DNA of 53,722 bases. It comes from a virus (taxonomy: Duplodnaviria; Caudoviricetes). The position numbers and the translations under genes are program-made. The first letter of the stretch is position 1. Every line of letters begins with the position of its first letter. Location of the stretch: positions 1 through 53,722 of the IMG/VR virus record IMGVR_UViG_3300021411_000125; one strand, given 5' to 3'. Positions 9,908 through 19,674 of this stretch are shown here, one piece after another. The notes below the pieces were generated by a model. The model made no database searches. It saw nothing but the letters and a program-made list of their open reading frames with translations, and was not told the origin of the DNA.

Positions 9908-10279
9908 GTGGCTTTGACCAAGAACGGGCCGCACACCGTGACTATCTTCGTAGAGGAAGAGGCCGAAGACTTCGAGGGCAACATCGTCAAGCGGCCGTCG
10001 GCTACCGGCGTCGTGGTCAGCGGGGCTTGGATGCAGCCGCTGGCCTCGACGCGCGGTGCCTTCGCTGCCTTGAAAGTCGATGCTGGTCAGAACATCTCGG
10101 CGGCCTTTAAGTTGCTCTGTGCGCCGGCCAAGGCTCCTCTGGGCTGGTGGTCTCGCGTCGAGTGGTTCGACCCGATCACCAAGACACAGCGCAAGTTCGC
10201 GGTGCTCGGTGGTCCGATGCCCCGTGCGTTCAGTGCCGCGACCGATCACCTCAGTTGCACGCTTCAGGAGATGCGCTGA
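9908..10279 (+). CDS. Head-to-tail stopper
   Basis: GTG 9908; D..GN motif and WSRVEW; synteny. Confidence 0.7.
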   Translation: MALTKNGPHTVTIFVEEEAEDFEGNIVKRPSATGVVVSGAWMQPLASTRGAFAALKVDAGQNISAAFKLLCAPAKAPLGWWSRVEWFDPITKTQRKFAVLGGPMPRAFSAATDHLSCTLQEMR

Positions 10280-10593
10280 TGCCGAAGGTCAAGTTCTCTT
10301 GGGGTCCGGGCAACTCAGCGCGCAAATGCAACAAGACGGCGGCGTATCACAAGGAGACCGGTTTCGCGCTGAAGCGGGCAGCCAACCAGGTGTTCGCCAA
10401 CGCACGACGCAAGCTCGCTGAACACCACCACTCGGGCGACGCTGAGATCACGTTGACTCACGGCAAGCTCGACTACTACGTCAACCTCGATGACTTCCGT
10501 GGCCAAGGTGCCGCCGCTGCCATCGAGTTCGGTCACATCGCCGAGAACGGTCATTTCATCGAAGGCGTCCACGCGCTGACCAGTGGGCTCTGA
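10279..10593 (+). CDS. Neck protein (DUF5403-like)
   Basis: ATG 10279 (TGATG overlap); DYYVNL...AAAIEFGH motif. Confidence 0.7.
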   Translation: MPKVKFSWGPGNSARKCNKTAAYHKETGFALKRAANQVFANARRKLAEHHHSGDAEITLTHGKLDYYVNLDDFRGQGAAAAIEFGHIAENGHFIEGVHALTSGL

Positions 10594-11075
10594 TGCGTAC
10601 CGAGGAAGGCCGCGCCACTCCGTTCGTGGATGGCATCGGTGTCCAGCTCTGGATTTTGCGCAACACGCTCTCCAACTTGCGTGAGGGGCTCGGACTGCGA
10701 CCGGTTCAGGTCTTCAGTGACCTGCCGGACGAACTCGCTAAGTACGTTCCGGTGATCAAGATCCAACGCACCGGTGGCGCGAGCGACAACCCTCGGTTCA
10801 CCACCCAGTTCTGGATGAACTACCAGGTCTGGTGTGACGCCGAGCCAAGCACCGGCTGGGACGCGCGACAAGCGGCGTTCGAGTTGGCCAACCAAGTGTC
10901 CCGAACCATGTATGTCGCTTGGGAGAGCCAGATCGTTACCCCGCACGGGGCGATCACCAAGTGGCGGGAAAGCACCGGGTTCCGCAAGTTCGATGACCCG
11001 GAGTTGCCACACATCAGTCGGCAGGTTGCCACCTACGACCTGCTGATTCGTAACCCCAGTACCCCGCGCTCGTAG
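10593..11075 (+). CDS. Tail terminator protein
   Basis: Synteny; IQRTGG motif and a R.VATYDL.IR C-terminus. Confidence 0.75.
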   Translation: MRTEEGRATPFVDGIGVQLWILRNTLSNLREGLGLRPVQVFSDLPDELAKYVPVIKIQRTGGASDNPRFTTQFWMNYQVWCDAEPSTGWDARQAAFELANQVSRTMYVAWESQIVTPHGAITKWRESTGFRKFDDPELPHISRQVATYDLLIRNPSTPRS

Positions 11076-11146
11076 TTCCAACCATCCGTTGACCTACCGG
11101 CCGCCGCGCAGTCCGGGATGTGTCTGCACCCATGAGAGGACTGACC

Positions 11147-12007
11147 ATGGCTCTCGATGATGCCGCAGTCATCATCCCGGGAACTGGCTTTGTCTATGTC
11201 GCGCCAGCCGGGACCGTTGTTCCCTCCGACAAGGTAAATCCCGCGTCTCCGTGGCGCGACCTCGGCCACACCTCGATTGATGATGGTCTGACCATCACTA
11301 AGGACGGTGGCGACTCAAACATCCTGGGCACCTGGCGTAACCCCGCACTGCGGGACCGCCGCGACCCAGTGGTGTTCGCGCTGACGATCCACCTGTTGCA
11401 GCTGTCCAACGACACGCTGAGCATGTACTTCGGCATAGGTGACACCACGGTTGACGGTGTCTTCGGTGTCGCGCTGATCCCTGAGCCGGTGCAACTGGCG
11501 ATGTTCATTCGCATCGTCGATGGCGACAACGGGATGCAGGTTTACTTGCCGAAGGTCTCGGTCGGCTCGGATGACGATGTCGAGGTTGACGTCGAGAACT
11601 TCCTCGCCTTCCCGGTGCGCGCTACGATCCTCGGTATCACCGGTCAGCCGCTGATGGAGTTCTACGGCGACGACCTGGGCCTGCGTACCTCCGAGGTGCA
11701 GACGGTCACCATCACTGGTACCCCCACCGGCGGCAGCTTCAAGCTGACTCTCGACGGAGATATCACGGCGACTATCGCCTGGAACGCCATCGCCTCGGTG
11801 GTTCAGACCGCGTTGCGGGCCCTGGACACTCCGTTCGCCGATGGCGTTGTGGTCACCGGTGGTCCCGGCCCTGGTACCCCGTACGTGGTTACCTTCGCCA
11901 GCGACCTTGCGGACAACAACGTCCCGCAGATGACGGCGGATGGCGCCCTGCTCACCGGCGGCACCTCACCGGCGGTCGGAGTAGTCACCACCACGCCGGG
12001 TTCCTGA
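11147..12007 (+). CDS. Major tail protein with C-terminal accessory domain
   Basis: GAGGA RBS before ATG 11147; PGTGFVYVAP, WRDLGHTS, LGTW motifs; C-terminal EVQTVTITG domain. Confidence 0.9.
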   Translation: MALDDAAVIIPGTGFVYVAPAGTVVPSDKVNPASPWRDLGHTSIDDGLTITKDGGDSNILGTWRNPALRDRRDPVVFALTIHLLQLSNDTLSMYFGIGDTTVDGVFGVALIPEPVQLAMFIRIVDGDNGMQVYLPKVSVGSDDDVEVDVENFLAFPVRATILGITGQPLMEFYGDDLGLRTSEVQTVTITGTPTGGSFKLTLDGDITATIAWNAIASVVQTALRALDTPFADGVVVTGGPGPGTPYVVTFASDLADNNVPQMTADGALLTGGTSPAVGVVTTTPGS

Positions 12008-12011
12008 TCAA

Positions 12012-12056
12012 GCTGTGGAGTGACGTGAACCGCGCGGGGACACGTCACTCCACAGC
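12012..12056 (+). terminator. 16-bp hairpin after the major tail gene
   Basis: GCTGTGGAGTGACGTG (12012-12027) / CACGTCACTCCACAGC (12041-12056). Confidence 0.65.
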
Positions 12057-12110
12057 GCCTTACCTATTCCCGCGAATTCCCGCGAAATCTGTGAAGGAGA
12101 CCCCGCGCCC

Positions 12111-12698
12111 ATGAGCCGCCCCACCGACCTTCGCTACAACCAGTCACTGCCTATGAAGCTGCCAGAGCCTGAGATTGGTAACCCGATCCGTCGAGGCGAT
12201 ACCGTGACCAACATTGATCCGCTGGGTAACGTGATCCCGGCCCCGGGTGAGGTGCTCGAGACTCACGGCGGTTACACCGTCGCGCCGGGCCTAGCGGCTC
12301 AGGCTGCCAAGGAAGCCGAAGGCCCGAAGCCAGGTATCAGCGACGTCATCGCCGAAGAGGCCGTGCCGGCGCGGTATCCAGACGGGTGCCCAGCGTTCCG
12401 ACCGCTGCATCGTCTTGGATTCAAGGAGAAGGCCGAGGCGTTCGAGCTCTACGACGTCGTGCAGAAGACCAGCAAGACGATCGGATCGCCGAAGAAGGGC
12501 GACGAACTCGACGCTAAGCGCGCCGCCAACTACTACCGGCTGCTTGCCAAGATCGACGAGTTCCTCTCTTTCGTCGCCATCGACAAAGAAGCCTATGAGA
12601 ACTGGCCCGGTCGGACCGATGAGACGCTGTTCGGTCAGGCGTGGAACGCGTACCAGGGGGACGCTCAGCCGGGGGAAGCCGCCAGCTTGTCCAACTGA
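12111..12698 (+). CDS. Tail assembly chaperone (short form)
   Basis: AAGGAG RBS; lies between major tail and tape measure; ends QPGEA..LSN, covering the slippery site. Confidence 0.85.
   Translation: MSRPTDLRYNQSLPMKLPEPEIGNPIRRGDTVTNIDPLGNVIPAPGEVLETHGGYTVAPGLAAQAAKEAEGPKPGISDVIAEEAVPARYPDGCPAFRPLHRLGFKEKAEAFELYDVVQKTSKTIGSPKKGDELDAKRAANYYRLLAKIDEFLSFVAIDKEAYENWPGRTDETLFGQAWNAYQGDAQPGEAASLSN
12671..12677 (+). promoter_or_regulatory. -1 ribosomal frameshift site G GGG GAA
   Basis: GGGGGAA in the correct phase of the chaperone ORF; the downstream ORF ending at 13093 is in the -1 frame. Confidence 0.85.
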
Positions 12699-13093
12699 TT
12701 GATGATCACGGGCCGGCGGTCCTGGCTGATCTGCTGCGCTACTACGGCGTGGATCTGCGGGACCTCTGGCGTGACGGCTGCGACCTCACGCCCCGGTACG
12801 TGTTCTGGTTGGTCGAGCACCTCCCGGCGGATTCCGCGACGTACGCGGCGATGAAGGGCGGACCCGAGTTCCGGCCCTGGACGATCGACACGTACTTGAT
12901 CGCGCAGATAGTCAACATGCTTGCCGTGGCGAATCACCAGCGCGCCGGCAAGAGAATTCGCAAGATGCCGATCCAGCCGCCGAAGCCCAAGGTTACGACC
13001 GCTCAGAAGAAGAGGCGCGGCCGGGTTGTGCGCGTCTCCGACATGAACGCGCGGCGAGCACTCGCACGGCAGATCAACGAGTCCAGTAAGTAA
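12677..13093 (+). CDS. Tail assembly chaperone, frameshifted C-terminal extension
   Basis: -1 frame ORF with ADLLRYYGVDLRDLW...LP.DSA...W....YL.A...N pattern. Confidence 0.85.
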   Translation, partial: SRQLVQLIDDHGPAVLADLLRYYGVDLRDLWRDGCDLTPRYVFWLVEHLPADSATYAAMKGGPEFRPWTIDTYLIAQIVNMLAVANHQRAGKRIRKMPIQPPKPKVTTAQKKRRGRVVRVSDMNARRALARQINESSK

Positions 13094-13112
13094 CTGACCG
13101 GAGGGGGTAGTC

Positions 13113-16100
13113 GTGAGCAGCCCCGGAGGTCAGGAAGTCGCACGGGTCAGCGTCAAGGTACTGCCCGATACCGCCGGCTTCGCGCAGAAGCTCAAGGGCG
13201 ACCTCCAGAAGATCAACGAGCAGGTCGTCGTCGAGGTCAACTTCGACATCGACGTGGCTGGGCTGATCACTGCGCTCGAGGCGTTGAAGCTGCCGAAGGT
13301 TACGGTCCCGGTCGATTTCGAGACCGTGCGCGATGCGAAGATCGAGGTCAGTGCCGACACTACGACGGCTAAGACTGAGGTCGACAAGACAGTAGCCGAG
13401 ATCAACGCCAAGAAGGCGTCAGTCAAGGTTGAGGCGGATACGGCGGCTTTTTCCAAGATCAAGCTCGAAGCGCTGATGAGCAACGTCACGCTGAAGGCCA
13501 AGATGGATCTTGATACCACTTCCTTCCTCGCACAGGTCGAAACGGCGAAGCTGGCAGCCGAGCGAATCTCGACGATCCGCGCCAAGTTCGACGTGGACCG
13601 GAGCGCACTCGACCGAGTCGGAAGCGTCATCACTTCGATCACCAACACGGTCCAGGGCGGCCTGACTTCGGCGATGTCCGGAGTCTCCAGCATCGGCAGC
13701 AGCATCGCGGACAACTGGTCGAAGATCTCGAGCACGGTCGGCAGTGTTGCCACTGGGGTCTTGACCATCGGTGCCTACGCGGCGGCCGGTGTCGGCATCG
13801 TGGACGTGCTCGCGGCGGCGTGGGGATTGGTCTCCACCGCTGTGCTCGCGGTGCCAGCGGCGGTCGCCCTAATTGGTGCCCCGATCGCCGCCGTAATGCT
13901 TGGCATGGACGGGATCAAGAAGGCCGCGAAAACCCTCGAGCCGGCCTTCAAGTCGCTGAAAGCGGCGGTCTCCGACACCTTCGCCAAGCAGCTGGTCCCC
14001 GCGTTCAACACCCTGAAGGCCGTGATGCCCACGGTGCAGACGGGAATGGTCGGAATCGCCTCGGCGCTGTCCACCATGGCGGTCAATCTGGCTAAGTTCC
14101 TCGCCTCGGCGCAGGGCACCTCGTTGCTGGCGACGACCTTCGACAACGTGAAGGCGGCGCTACTCGGGATCTCTCCGGGCATCAACGGGATTGTGGAAGG
14201 GTTCCTCCGGCTGACCGCGACCAAGAGCGCGTTCGATGCCCTTGTCCAGGTGATCAACACCGTGGGCACCGGGTTCAGCGACATGGTCAACGAGCTGTCC
14301 CGGACCGACACGCTGACCGCCGCGTTCAAGGGCCTTGGCGACGTGGTGTCTTCGGTCGCGCAGGGCTTCCTTGACCTGATGAAGAACGGCGTCACGGCCT
14401 TCTCGACCATGGCACCGGGGCTCGATTCCTTCGTGCAGTCGGTGACAAGCTTCTTCAACAGGTTCGACTGGAAGAAGATCGGCGCTGACATCGGTGGGGC
14501 CTTCAAGGGCATCGGTGACGCGATCAAGGGCGTGCCGCAGTCGACCATCGACGGCATCGCTAAGGGTTTTGCGTCCCTCAACCAGACCATGAACAGCGCC
14601 GGGGTTCAGGCGTTTATCCAGGACGTCATCAGCCTGATTCCGGCCGCGCTAAGCCTGGTCAATGATCTTGCTACCGCCCTCGGCTCTCTGGAACTCGCTG
14701 ACGCGGCGGTTCAGAACTTCCTCCAGGGCGTCAATGATTCGATCACCAACTGGTCGACCACCACCGATGCCGCGATTCAGGCTTGGGCGCAGAGCACCCA
14801 CGACACTATCGCCAACTGGTCGACCGGCCTCGACACCTCGATCAACACGGGCCTACAGGCGGTACACGACGCAATTATCAACTGGTCGACGACGACCGAC
14901 GCGACGATTCAAGCTTGGGTTCAGAGCACCCACGACGCGATAGCCACCTGGTCCGACGGTCTCGACGCCTCGATCAACGGTGGACTGCAGTCGATCAACG
15001 ACGCGATCACCAACTGGTCGACGACGACCGAAGCGACGATCCAGGCATGGGTTCAGTCGACGCATGACTCCATCGCCAACTGGTCGACCGGTCTCGACAC
15101 CTCGATCAATACAGGTCTCACCGCCGTGAACGCCGCCATTGTCAACTGGTCGACGACTACCGACGCGGTCATCCAGGCGTGGGCGCAGAGCACCCACGAC
15201 AAGATCGCCGCTTGGTCGCAGGGCCTCGATGCCGATATCCAAGGCGGTCTTCAGAGCTCGCACGATTCGATCGCCGCGTGGGCCACCGACACCGACAAGG
15301 TGATCCAAGACTGGGCACAGAGCACCCACGATAAGATCGCCGCGTGGGCTCAGGGTGTCCTGACCGATATCCAAAGTGGATTGTCGGGGCTGCCGGGTCA
15401 GATCGAGAGCCTCTTCGGCCAGACCGGACCGGCCGCCGCCAAGGGACTGAGTGGTACGTCTACGGCGGTTGGCACCGAGATGAAGGTCGTCAACGCGGCC
15501 TTTACGACGCCGCTTGACTCGCTGCCCGGCGACGTCGGTACCTCGATGACCGGGGTCGACACCGCGATCACCGCGCCGCTCGCTCCCGTCGCGGGGCAGG
15601 TCGGCTCGTCGATGGCTGGGATCTCGGGGGCTGTGACCAGCGGCCTGGCTCCGATTCCCGGGTTGTTCGTTACAGCGTTCACCGGACTCGGCGTGAGCGT
15701 GACCGCCGGGATGCTGGCCATTCAGCAGTCAGTTAACACTGGGTTTGTCGGGATTCAGGCGGCCTTCACCGCCGGCTTCGCGTTGCTGACGACCTCGGCC
15801 GCTCTCTCGTTTGTCAACCTAGCCGCGCTGGTCGTAACCCCCGGAATGCTAGCTATGCAGCTGGCTGTGACGACGGGGTTTGTCGGTATCCAGGCAGCCT
15901 TCACCGCCGGATTCGCGCTGCTGACTACTTCGGTGGCGCTGTCGTTCGTCAGCCTCGCCGCGCTCGTCGTGACGCCCGGAATGTTGGCCATGCAACTAGC
16001 GGTTAACACTGGGTTTGTCGGGATTCAGGCGGCCTTCACCGCCGGCTTCGCGTTACTGACCACCAACGCGGCCTTGGCCTTCGTCAACCTCGCCGCGCTG

Positions 16101-17069
16101 GTCGTAACGCCCGGGATGCTGGCGATGCAGCTGGCTGTTACGACGGGGTTTGTCGGGATTCAGGCCGCCTTCACCGCCGGTTTCGCGTTGCTGACGACCT
16201 CGGTGGCCCTGGCGTTCGTCAACCTCGCCGCGCTCGTTGTGACGCCCGGGATGCTGGCTATGGCGCTGGCGGTGACAACCGGATTCATCGGCATCCAGCT
16301 CGCCTTCACCACGGGGTTCGCGCTGCTGACTACTTCGATCGCGCTGGCCTTCGTCAACCTGGCCACGCTGGTTGTGACTCCTGGGATGCTGGCTATGCAA
16401 CAGGCCGTGACGACCGGGTTCATCGGCATCACCGCCGCCATGACCGCCGGAATGGCAGCGCTCGCAGCGGCAGTTACCGCCGGACAGCAGCCGATCATCG
16501 ACGCCTTTACCGCCATGTCTGACGCGGTATTGCAGGTCGCCCAACAGCTGATCGACGCCATGACCACCGTTGGCACCAACATGATGCAGTCACTCGCCAA
16601 CGCGATCCTCGCCGGTGAGTCGACTGTGGTCAACGCAATCGCTCAGGTGATAGCGGCGGCCATCGCGGCGGCTACTTCGATGCTCGGTATTGCCTCGCCT
16701 TCGAAGGTCTCCGGCGGCTGGGGCGACAACACCATCGCCGGCTTCGCCAACCAGGTGCTTGCGGGAAAGCAGACCGTGGTCAGCGCCATGCAGGACACCT
16801 TCGGTGCGGCGGTCGATGCCGGTCAGAAGGTGATGAGCAGCGCGACGTTCGCCGGCCCGTCACTCGACTCGAACTGGATGGCCTCGGCGTCGGGTGCGCT
16901 CACGGCTAGCAACGCAGGCATCGGAGACAGCACTGGCGGTGGCGGCGGCAACTTCACTGTCAACAACACGATCAACGCCGCGAACGGAAACGCCTCCGCC
17001 AAGCAGCTCGCCGACCAGGTGGTATTCCAGACGAAGTACTCGCGCAGGGGTGTCCACAGTGGGAGGTAG
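13113..17069 (+). CDS. Tape measure protein
   Basis: 1318 aa, Ala/Gly-rich; RVSVKVLPD start, periodic W/F repeats, LGIASPSKV near the C-terminus. Confidence 0.95.
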   Translation: MSSPGGQEVARVSVKVLPDTAGFAQKLKGDLQKINEQVVVEVNFDIDVAGLITALEALKLPKVTVPVDFETVRDAKIEVSADTTTAKTEVDKTVAEINAKKASVKVEADTAAFSKIKLEALMSNVTLKAKMDLDTTSFLAQVETAKLAAERISTIRAKFDVDRSALDRVGSVITSITNTVQGGLTSAMSGVSSIGSSIADNWSKISSTVGSVATGVLTIGAYAAAGVGIVDVLAAAWGLVSTAVLAVPAAVALIGAPIAAVMLGMDGIKKAAKTLEPAFKSLKAAVSDTFAKQLVPAFNTLKAVMPTVQTGMVGIASALSTMAVNLAKFLASAQGTSLLATTFDNVKAALLGISPGINGIVEGFLRLTATKSAFDALVQVINTVGTGFSDMVNELSRTDTLTAAFKGLGDVVSSVAQGFLDLMKNGVTAFSTMAPGLDSFVQSVTSFFNRFDWKKIGADIGGAFKGIGDAIKGVPQSTIDGIAKGFASLNQTMNSAGVQAFIQDVISLIPAALSLVNDLATALGSLELADAAVQNFLQGVNDSITNWSTTTDAAIQAWAQSTHDTIANWSTGLDTSINTGLQAVHDAIINWSTTTDATIQAWVQSTHDAIATWSDGLDASINGGLQSINDAITNWSTTTEATIQAWVQSTHDSIANWSTGLDTSINTGLTAVNAAIVNWSTTTDAVIQAWAQSTHDKIAAWSQGLDADIQGGLQSSHDSIAAWATDTDKVIQDWAQSTHDKIAAWAQGVLTDIQSGLSGLPGQIESLFGQTGPAAAKGLSGTSTAVGTEMKVVNAAFTTPLDSLPGDVGTSMTGVDTAITAPLAPVAGQVGSSMAGISGAVTSGLAPIPGLFVTAFTGLGVSVTAGMLAIQQSVNTGFVGIQAAFTAGFALLTTSAALSFVNLAALVVTPGMLAMQLAVTTGFVGIQAAFTAGFALLTTSVALSFVSLAALVVTPGMLAMQLAVNTGFVGIQAAFTAGFALLTTNAALAFVNLAALVVTPGMLAMQLAVTTGFVGIQAAFTAGFALLTTSVALAFVNLAALVVTPGMLAMALAVTTGFIGIQLAFTTGFALLTTSIALAFVNLATLVVTPGMLAMQQAVTTGFIGITAAMTAGMAALAAAVTAGQQPIIDAFTAMSDAVLQVAQQLIDAMTTVGTNMMQSLANAILAGESTVVNAIAQVIAAAIAAATSMLGIASPSKVSGGWGDNTIAGFANQVLAGKQTVVSAMQDTFGAAVDAGQKVMSSATFAGPSLDSNWMASASGALTASNAGIGDSTGGGGGNFTVNNTINAANGNASAKQLADQVVFQTKYSRRGVHSGR
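14748..15360 (+). repeat. 132-bp (44-aa) Trp-containing coding tandem repeat in the tape measure
   Basis: AACTGGTCGAC (NWST) recurs at 14748, 14880, 15012 and 15144. Confidence 0.9.
15702..16440 (+). repeat. 135-bp (45-aa) hydrophobic coding tandem repeat in the tape measure
   Basis: PGMLAM unit recurs at 15840, 15975, 16110, 16245 and 16380. Confidence 0.9.
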
Positions 17070-17071
17070 CG

Positions 17072-17968
17072 GTGCAGCTTGAGCTTCCCGAGCTAGGCTA
17101 TGAGCTCGACGGTGACTTCGTTTTCGGCACCGACACCCCGTGGGTCGTCACCAATTTCGACTACGGCACCGCCGACATCGCCAACAACGACATCGCGGCT
17201 CCGCGCTCGGATGGGCTGTTGTTCGGCCGCGATTTCGTGGGTGGACCCTCGTTCAACCTGGACATCGACGTCATCCCGGACTATCCGATCGCCGGCAACG
17301 GTGTCGAAGCTACCGACCTCTGGGGCAAGTTCAAGTCCCGGTGGCGCAACGACAAGGCGCGGCTCACCCCGGGATACGCCTCGATGTTGCGAATGTCGCG
17401 TAACGGTCGGATCCGCCGCGTCTACGGCCGTACCCGCGCGATCCAGCCGCAGCCGGAGAAGGACGTCAATGGCTGGTGGTTGGCTGGCGCGCAGTGGCAG
17501 TGCATGGACGACTACTTCTACTCCGACGAAGAGCGCACCAACACCGTCACGCTCGTGCCGCCGGAGGCTGGTGGCTACCTCATCCCACCGGATGACCCAT
17601 GGACCTCGATCGGTGTCAGCTACGAGCCGGGTGTAGTGCACATCGGGGGTGACGATCCGGCCTGGATGTGCTTCATGTTCCGGGGCCCGATCACCCGCCC
17701 GGTCGTCGAGATCGTCGGGCACTGGGCAATCGGCCTCAACGTGACGTTGCGCGAGGGCGAGTGGATCGGCATCGACCCGCGCCCCTGGTCTCGCGGTGTG
17801 CGCACGAGTTCCGGCTTTGACCTCGGCGGTGCGCTGCTACCCGGCTCCCCGGTGCTGTCAGCCGTGAAGCTCGACCCCGGTAGCTACGAAATCGTGCTAC
17901 GTGGCACCGATGAAACCGGCACCGCCACGATGACCACCGCGTGGCGCGAAACCTTCTCTTCGATCTGA
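17072..17968 (+). CDS. Distal tail (Dit)-like minor tail protein
   Basis: First gene after the tape measure; DG..FGRD, RRVYGR, GPITRP motifs. Confidence 0.82.
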   Translation: MQLELPELGYELDGDFVFGTDTPWVVTNFDYGTADIANNDIAAPRSDGLLFGRDFVGGPSFNLDIDVIPDYPIAGNGVEATDLWGKFKSRWRNDKARLTPGYASMLRMSRNGRIRRVYGRTRAIQPQPEKDVNGWWLAGAQWQCMDDYFYSDEERTNTVTLVPPEAGGYLIPPDDPWTSIGVSYEPGVVHIGGDDPAWMCFMFRGPITRPVVEIVGHWAIGLNVTLREGEWIGIDPRPWSRGVRTSSGFDLGGALLPGSPVLSAVKLDPGSYEIVLRGTDETGTATMTTAWRETFSSI

Positions 17969-17980
17969 GAGGCACACCTT

Positions 17981-19033
17981 ATGAGCTGGGATGACGGTGT
18001 TCCGTGGGCAATTGGCGGTGGCAGCGCCATGCCCGCCGAGATCCTGCGTCTGCTCAGCTGGGCCGCTCTTGGTGGACAGGAAGGTGTGTTCGCCTCGGCG
18101 GACTTGCGCATCAACGCGCTCGAGACGCCGGGCACCTCGATCCGAGCGATGCCGGGAGCCTGTTCGGTCGGTAACCGCGCGCTGAACGCCTCGAAGGAGC
18201 TCTACGTAGGGCGGCTGTTCAGCCAAGACATCGTCCCGATCTCCCCGACCAGCGGAACCGGTCGCAGCGACCTGATCGTGGTCCAGATCGAGAACCCCTA
18301 CATCAGCGGCGAGCCGTGGGGGATTCCTCCGGACCCTGCTAACGGTCCCTACATCTTCACTCGGGTCATTTCGAATGTCGCCGCTACGGTAAAATCGGTC
18401 GGATCCCTCAACTTGGGAATCTCGGCGATCACCCTGGCGCGTATCGACATCCCGCCGTCGACTGGCACGATCATCCAGTCGATGATCAAGGACTTGCGCA
18501 CTGTGGTTAACCCGATGACCGGCGCCGTGCAACCGCCGGACGACGGTGGCGACGGCGACGACGGCGACCCGGTGGTCATTGAGCCGGGTGGTGACGGAGA
18601 CGACGACGGCGGGGACGACACCGACCCGTTGACCAGCACCCAGACCAGTTATGTCTCTTGGCCGTTCACCGGAAACACCGACATCGCGGTCCCGTTGTGG
18701 GCGAACTTCGCCGATGTCACGGTCACCGTGATCGGGGCGCTCGTGCAGAACACCGGTGGAGGTGACTTCGGTGGACTGTTCGGTTTCATCCGGCTGATCT
18801 TCGGCGGCATCGCACAGGAGGAACAGACCTGGGCCTGCAACACCGAGGGACGCCAAGACATCGTCTGGGCGAAGACCAACATGCCGGTTCCGCTCGCACA
18901 GCGCGGCACCACGCAGCACTTCCACCTGACCCACAAAATGCTCGCGGGGTTCGGTGAGGGGCGGCTGCTGTCCACGAGGTCGACCCGGATCAGGTTCGAC
19001 ATCAAGTTCAAGCAGAGGCCGGGGACTGACTGA
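17981..19033 (+). CDS. Minor tail protein
   Basis: RSDLIVVQIENP...ITLARIDIP...I....IKDLR pattern common in actinophage minor tails. Confidence 0.78.
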   Translation: MSWDDGVPWAIGGGSAMPAEILRLLSWAALGGQEGVFASADLRINALETPGTSIRAMPGACSVGNRALNASKELYVGRLFSQDIVPISPTSGTGRSDLIVVQIENPYISGEPWGIPPDPANGPYIFTRVISNVAATVKSVGSLNLGISAITLARIDIPPSTGTIIQSMIKDLRTVVNPMTGAVQPPDDGGDGDDGDPVVIEPGGDGDDDGGDDTDPLTSTQTSYVSWPFTGNTDIAVPLWANFADVTVTVIGALVQNTGGGDFGGLFGFIRLIFGGIAQEEQTWACNTEGRQDIVWAKTNMPVPLAQRGTTQHFHLTHKMLAGFGEGRLLSTRSTRIRFDIKFKQRPGTD

Positions 19034-19383
19034 TGACCAGCTACTCAATGACCGCTCGCAACAAGGTCGTCGACTCGCTCGGCGTCAACGGCGGTGCCGA
19101 CTGGTATTCGCTGCATACCGGAGACCCGGGCACTACCGGCGCCAACGAGCTCGCCGGCTGCCCGCGTAAGACGACCACGTACCCGAGCGCGGGTGCCGGT
19201 GAGTCGACCAACGGTGGTGTGCTGTTCGACGTGCCAGCCGGGTCCACGGTCAACTTCTTCGCTCGCTGGTCGGCCAGCACCGCCGGTACGTTCCTGCTCG
19301 GTGGCCCGTTGCCGGCGACCGAAGTCTTCGGCGTCGCCGGGCAGTACCAGCTGAGCAACAAGATCGTTCAGGGCGCGGCCTGA
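19033..19383 (+). CDS. Small tail/fibre-associated protein
   Basis: SLHTGDPG.TG.NE motif; TGATG-coupled. Confidence 0.6.
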   Translation: MTSYSMTARNKVVDSLGVNGGADWYSLHTGDPGTTGANELAGCPRKTTTYPSAGAGESTNGGVLFDVPAGSTVNFFARWSASTAGTFLLGGPLPATEVFGVAGQYQLSNKIVQGAA

Positions 19384-19385
19384 CC

Positions 19386-19670
19386 ATGGGCGCGCTGGAA
19401 CGCGTGCCGGGTGTTCAGAATTGGGTAGACCGAGTAGGCGGCCTACCCAGTTACATCAACCGCATTGCGCTGCACCTGCACACTGAGTCGGGCATGGATA
19501 TCAGTCGAGCTATCGCTACCGCCGTGAATGCCGCCAAGAAAATGTGCCTGACGGGGGACCTCAACTGGCCCGGCTTGCAGCACGTGAACCTCGGATCTCG
19601 GGCGGAGGCGTGCGCGGCGGTAGCCGAATGGGAAGCAAAGAAATCGGCTTCGCACGTGAAGAAGGGGTGA
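19386..19670 (+). CDS. Hypothetical phage protein
   Basis: Tightly packed ORF (NWV...GGLP.YI.RIA..L...SRAIATAV). Confidence 0.65.
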   Translation: MGALERVPGVQNWVDRVGGLPSYINRIALHLHTESGMDISRAIATAVNAAKKMCLTGDLNWPGLQHVNLGSRAEACAAVAEWEAKKSASHVKKG

Positions 19671-19674
19671 GGTA

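Noticed and set aside
14748-16440. Regular repeats as a CRISPR array
   Set aside because: They are in-frame coding repeats (132 and 135 bp) without unique spacers.
18538-18625. GACGGC-rich low-complexity stretch
   Set aside because: Explained as an Asp/Gly linker within the minor tail protein.
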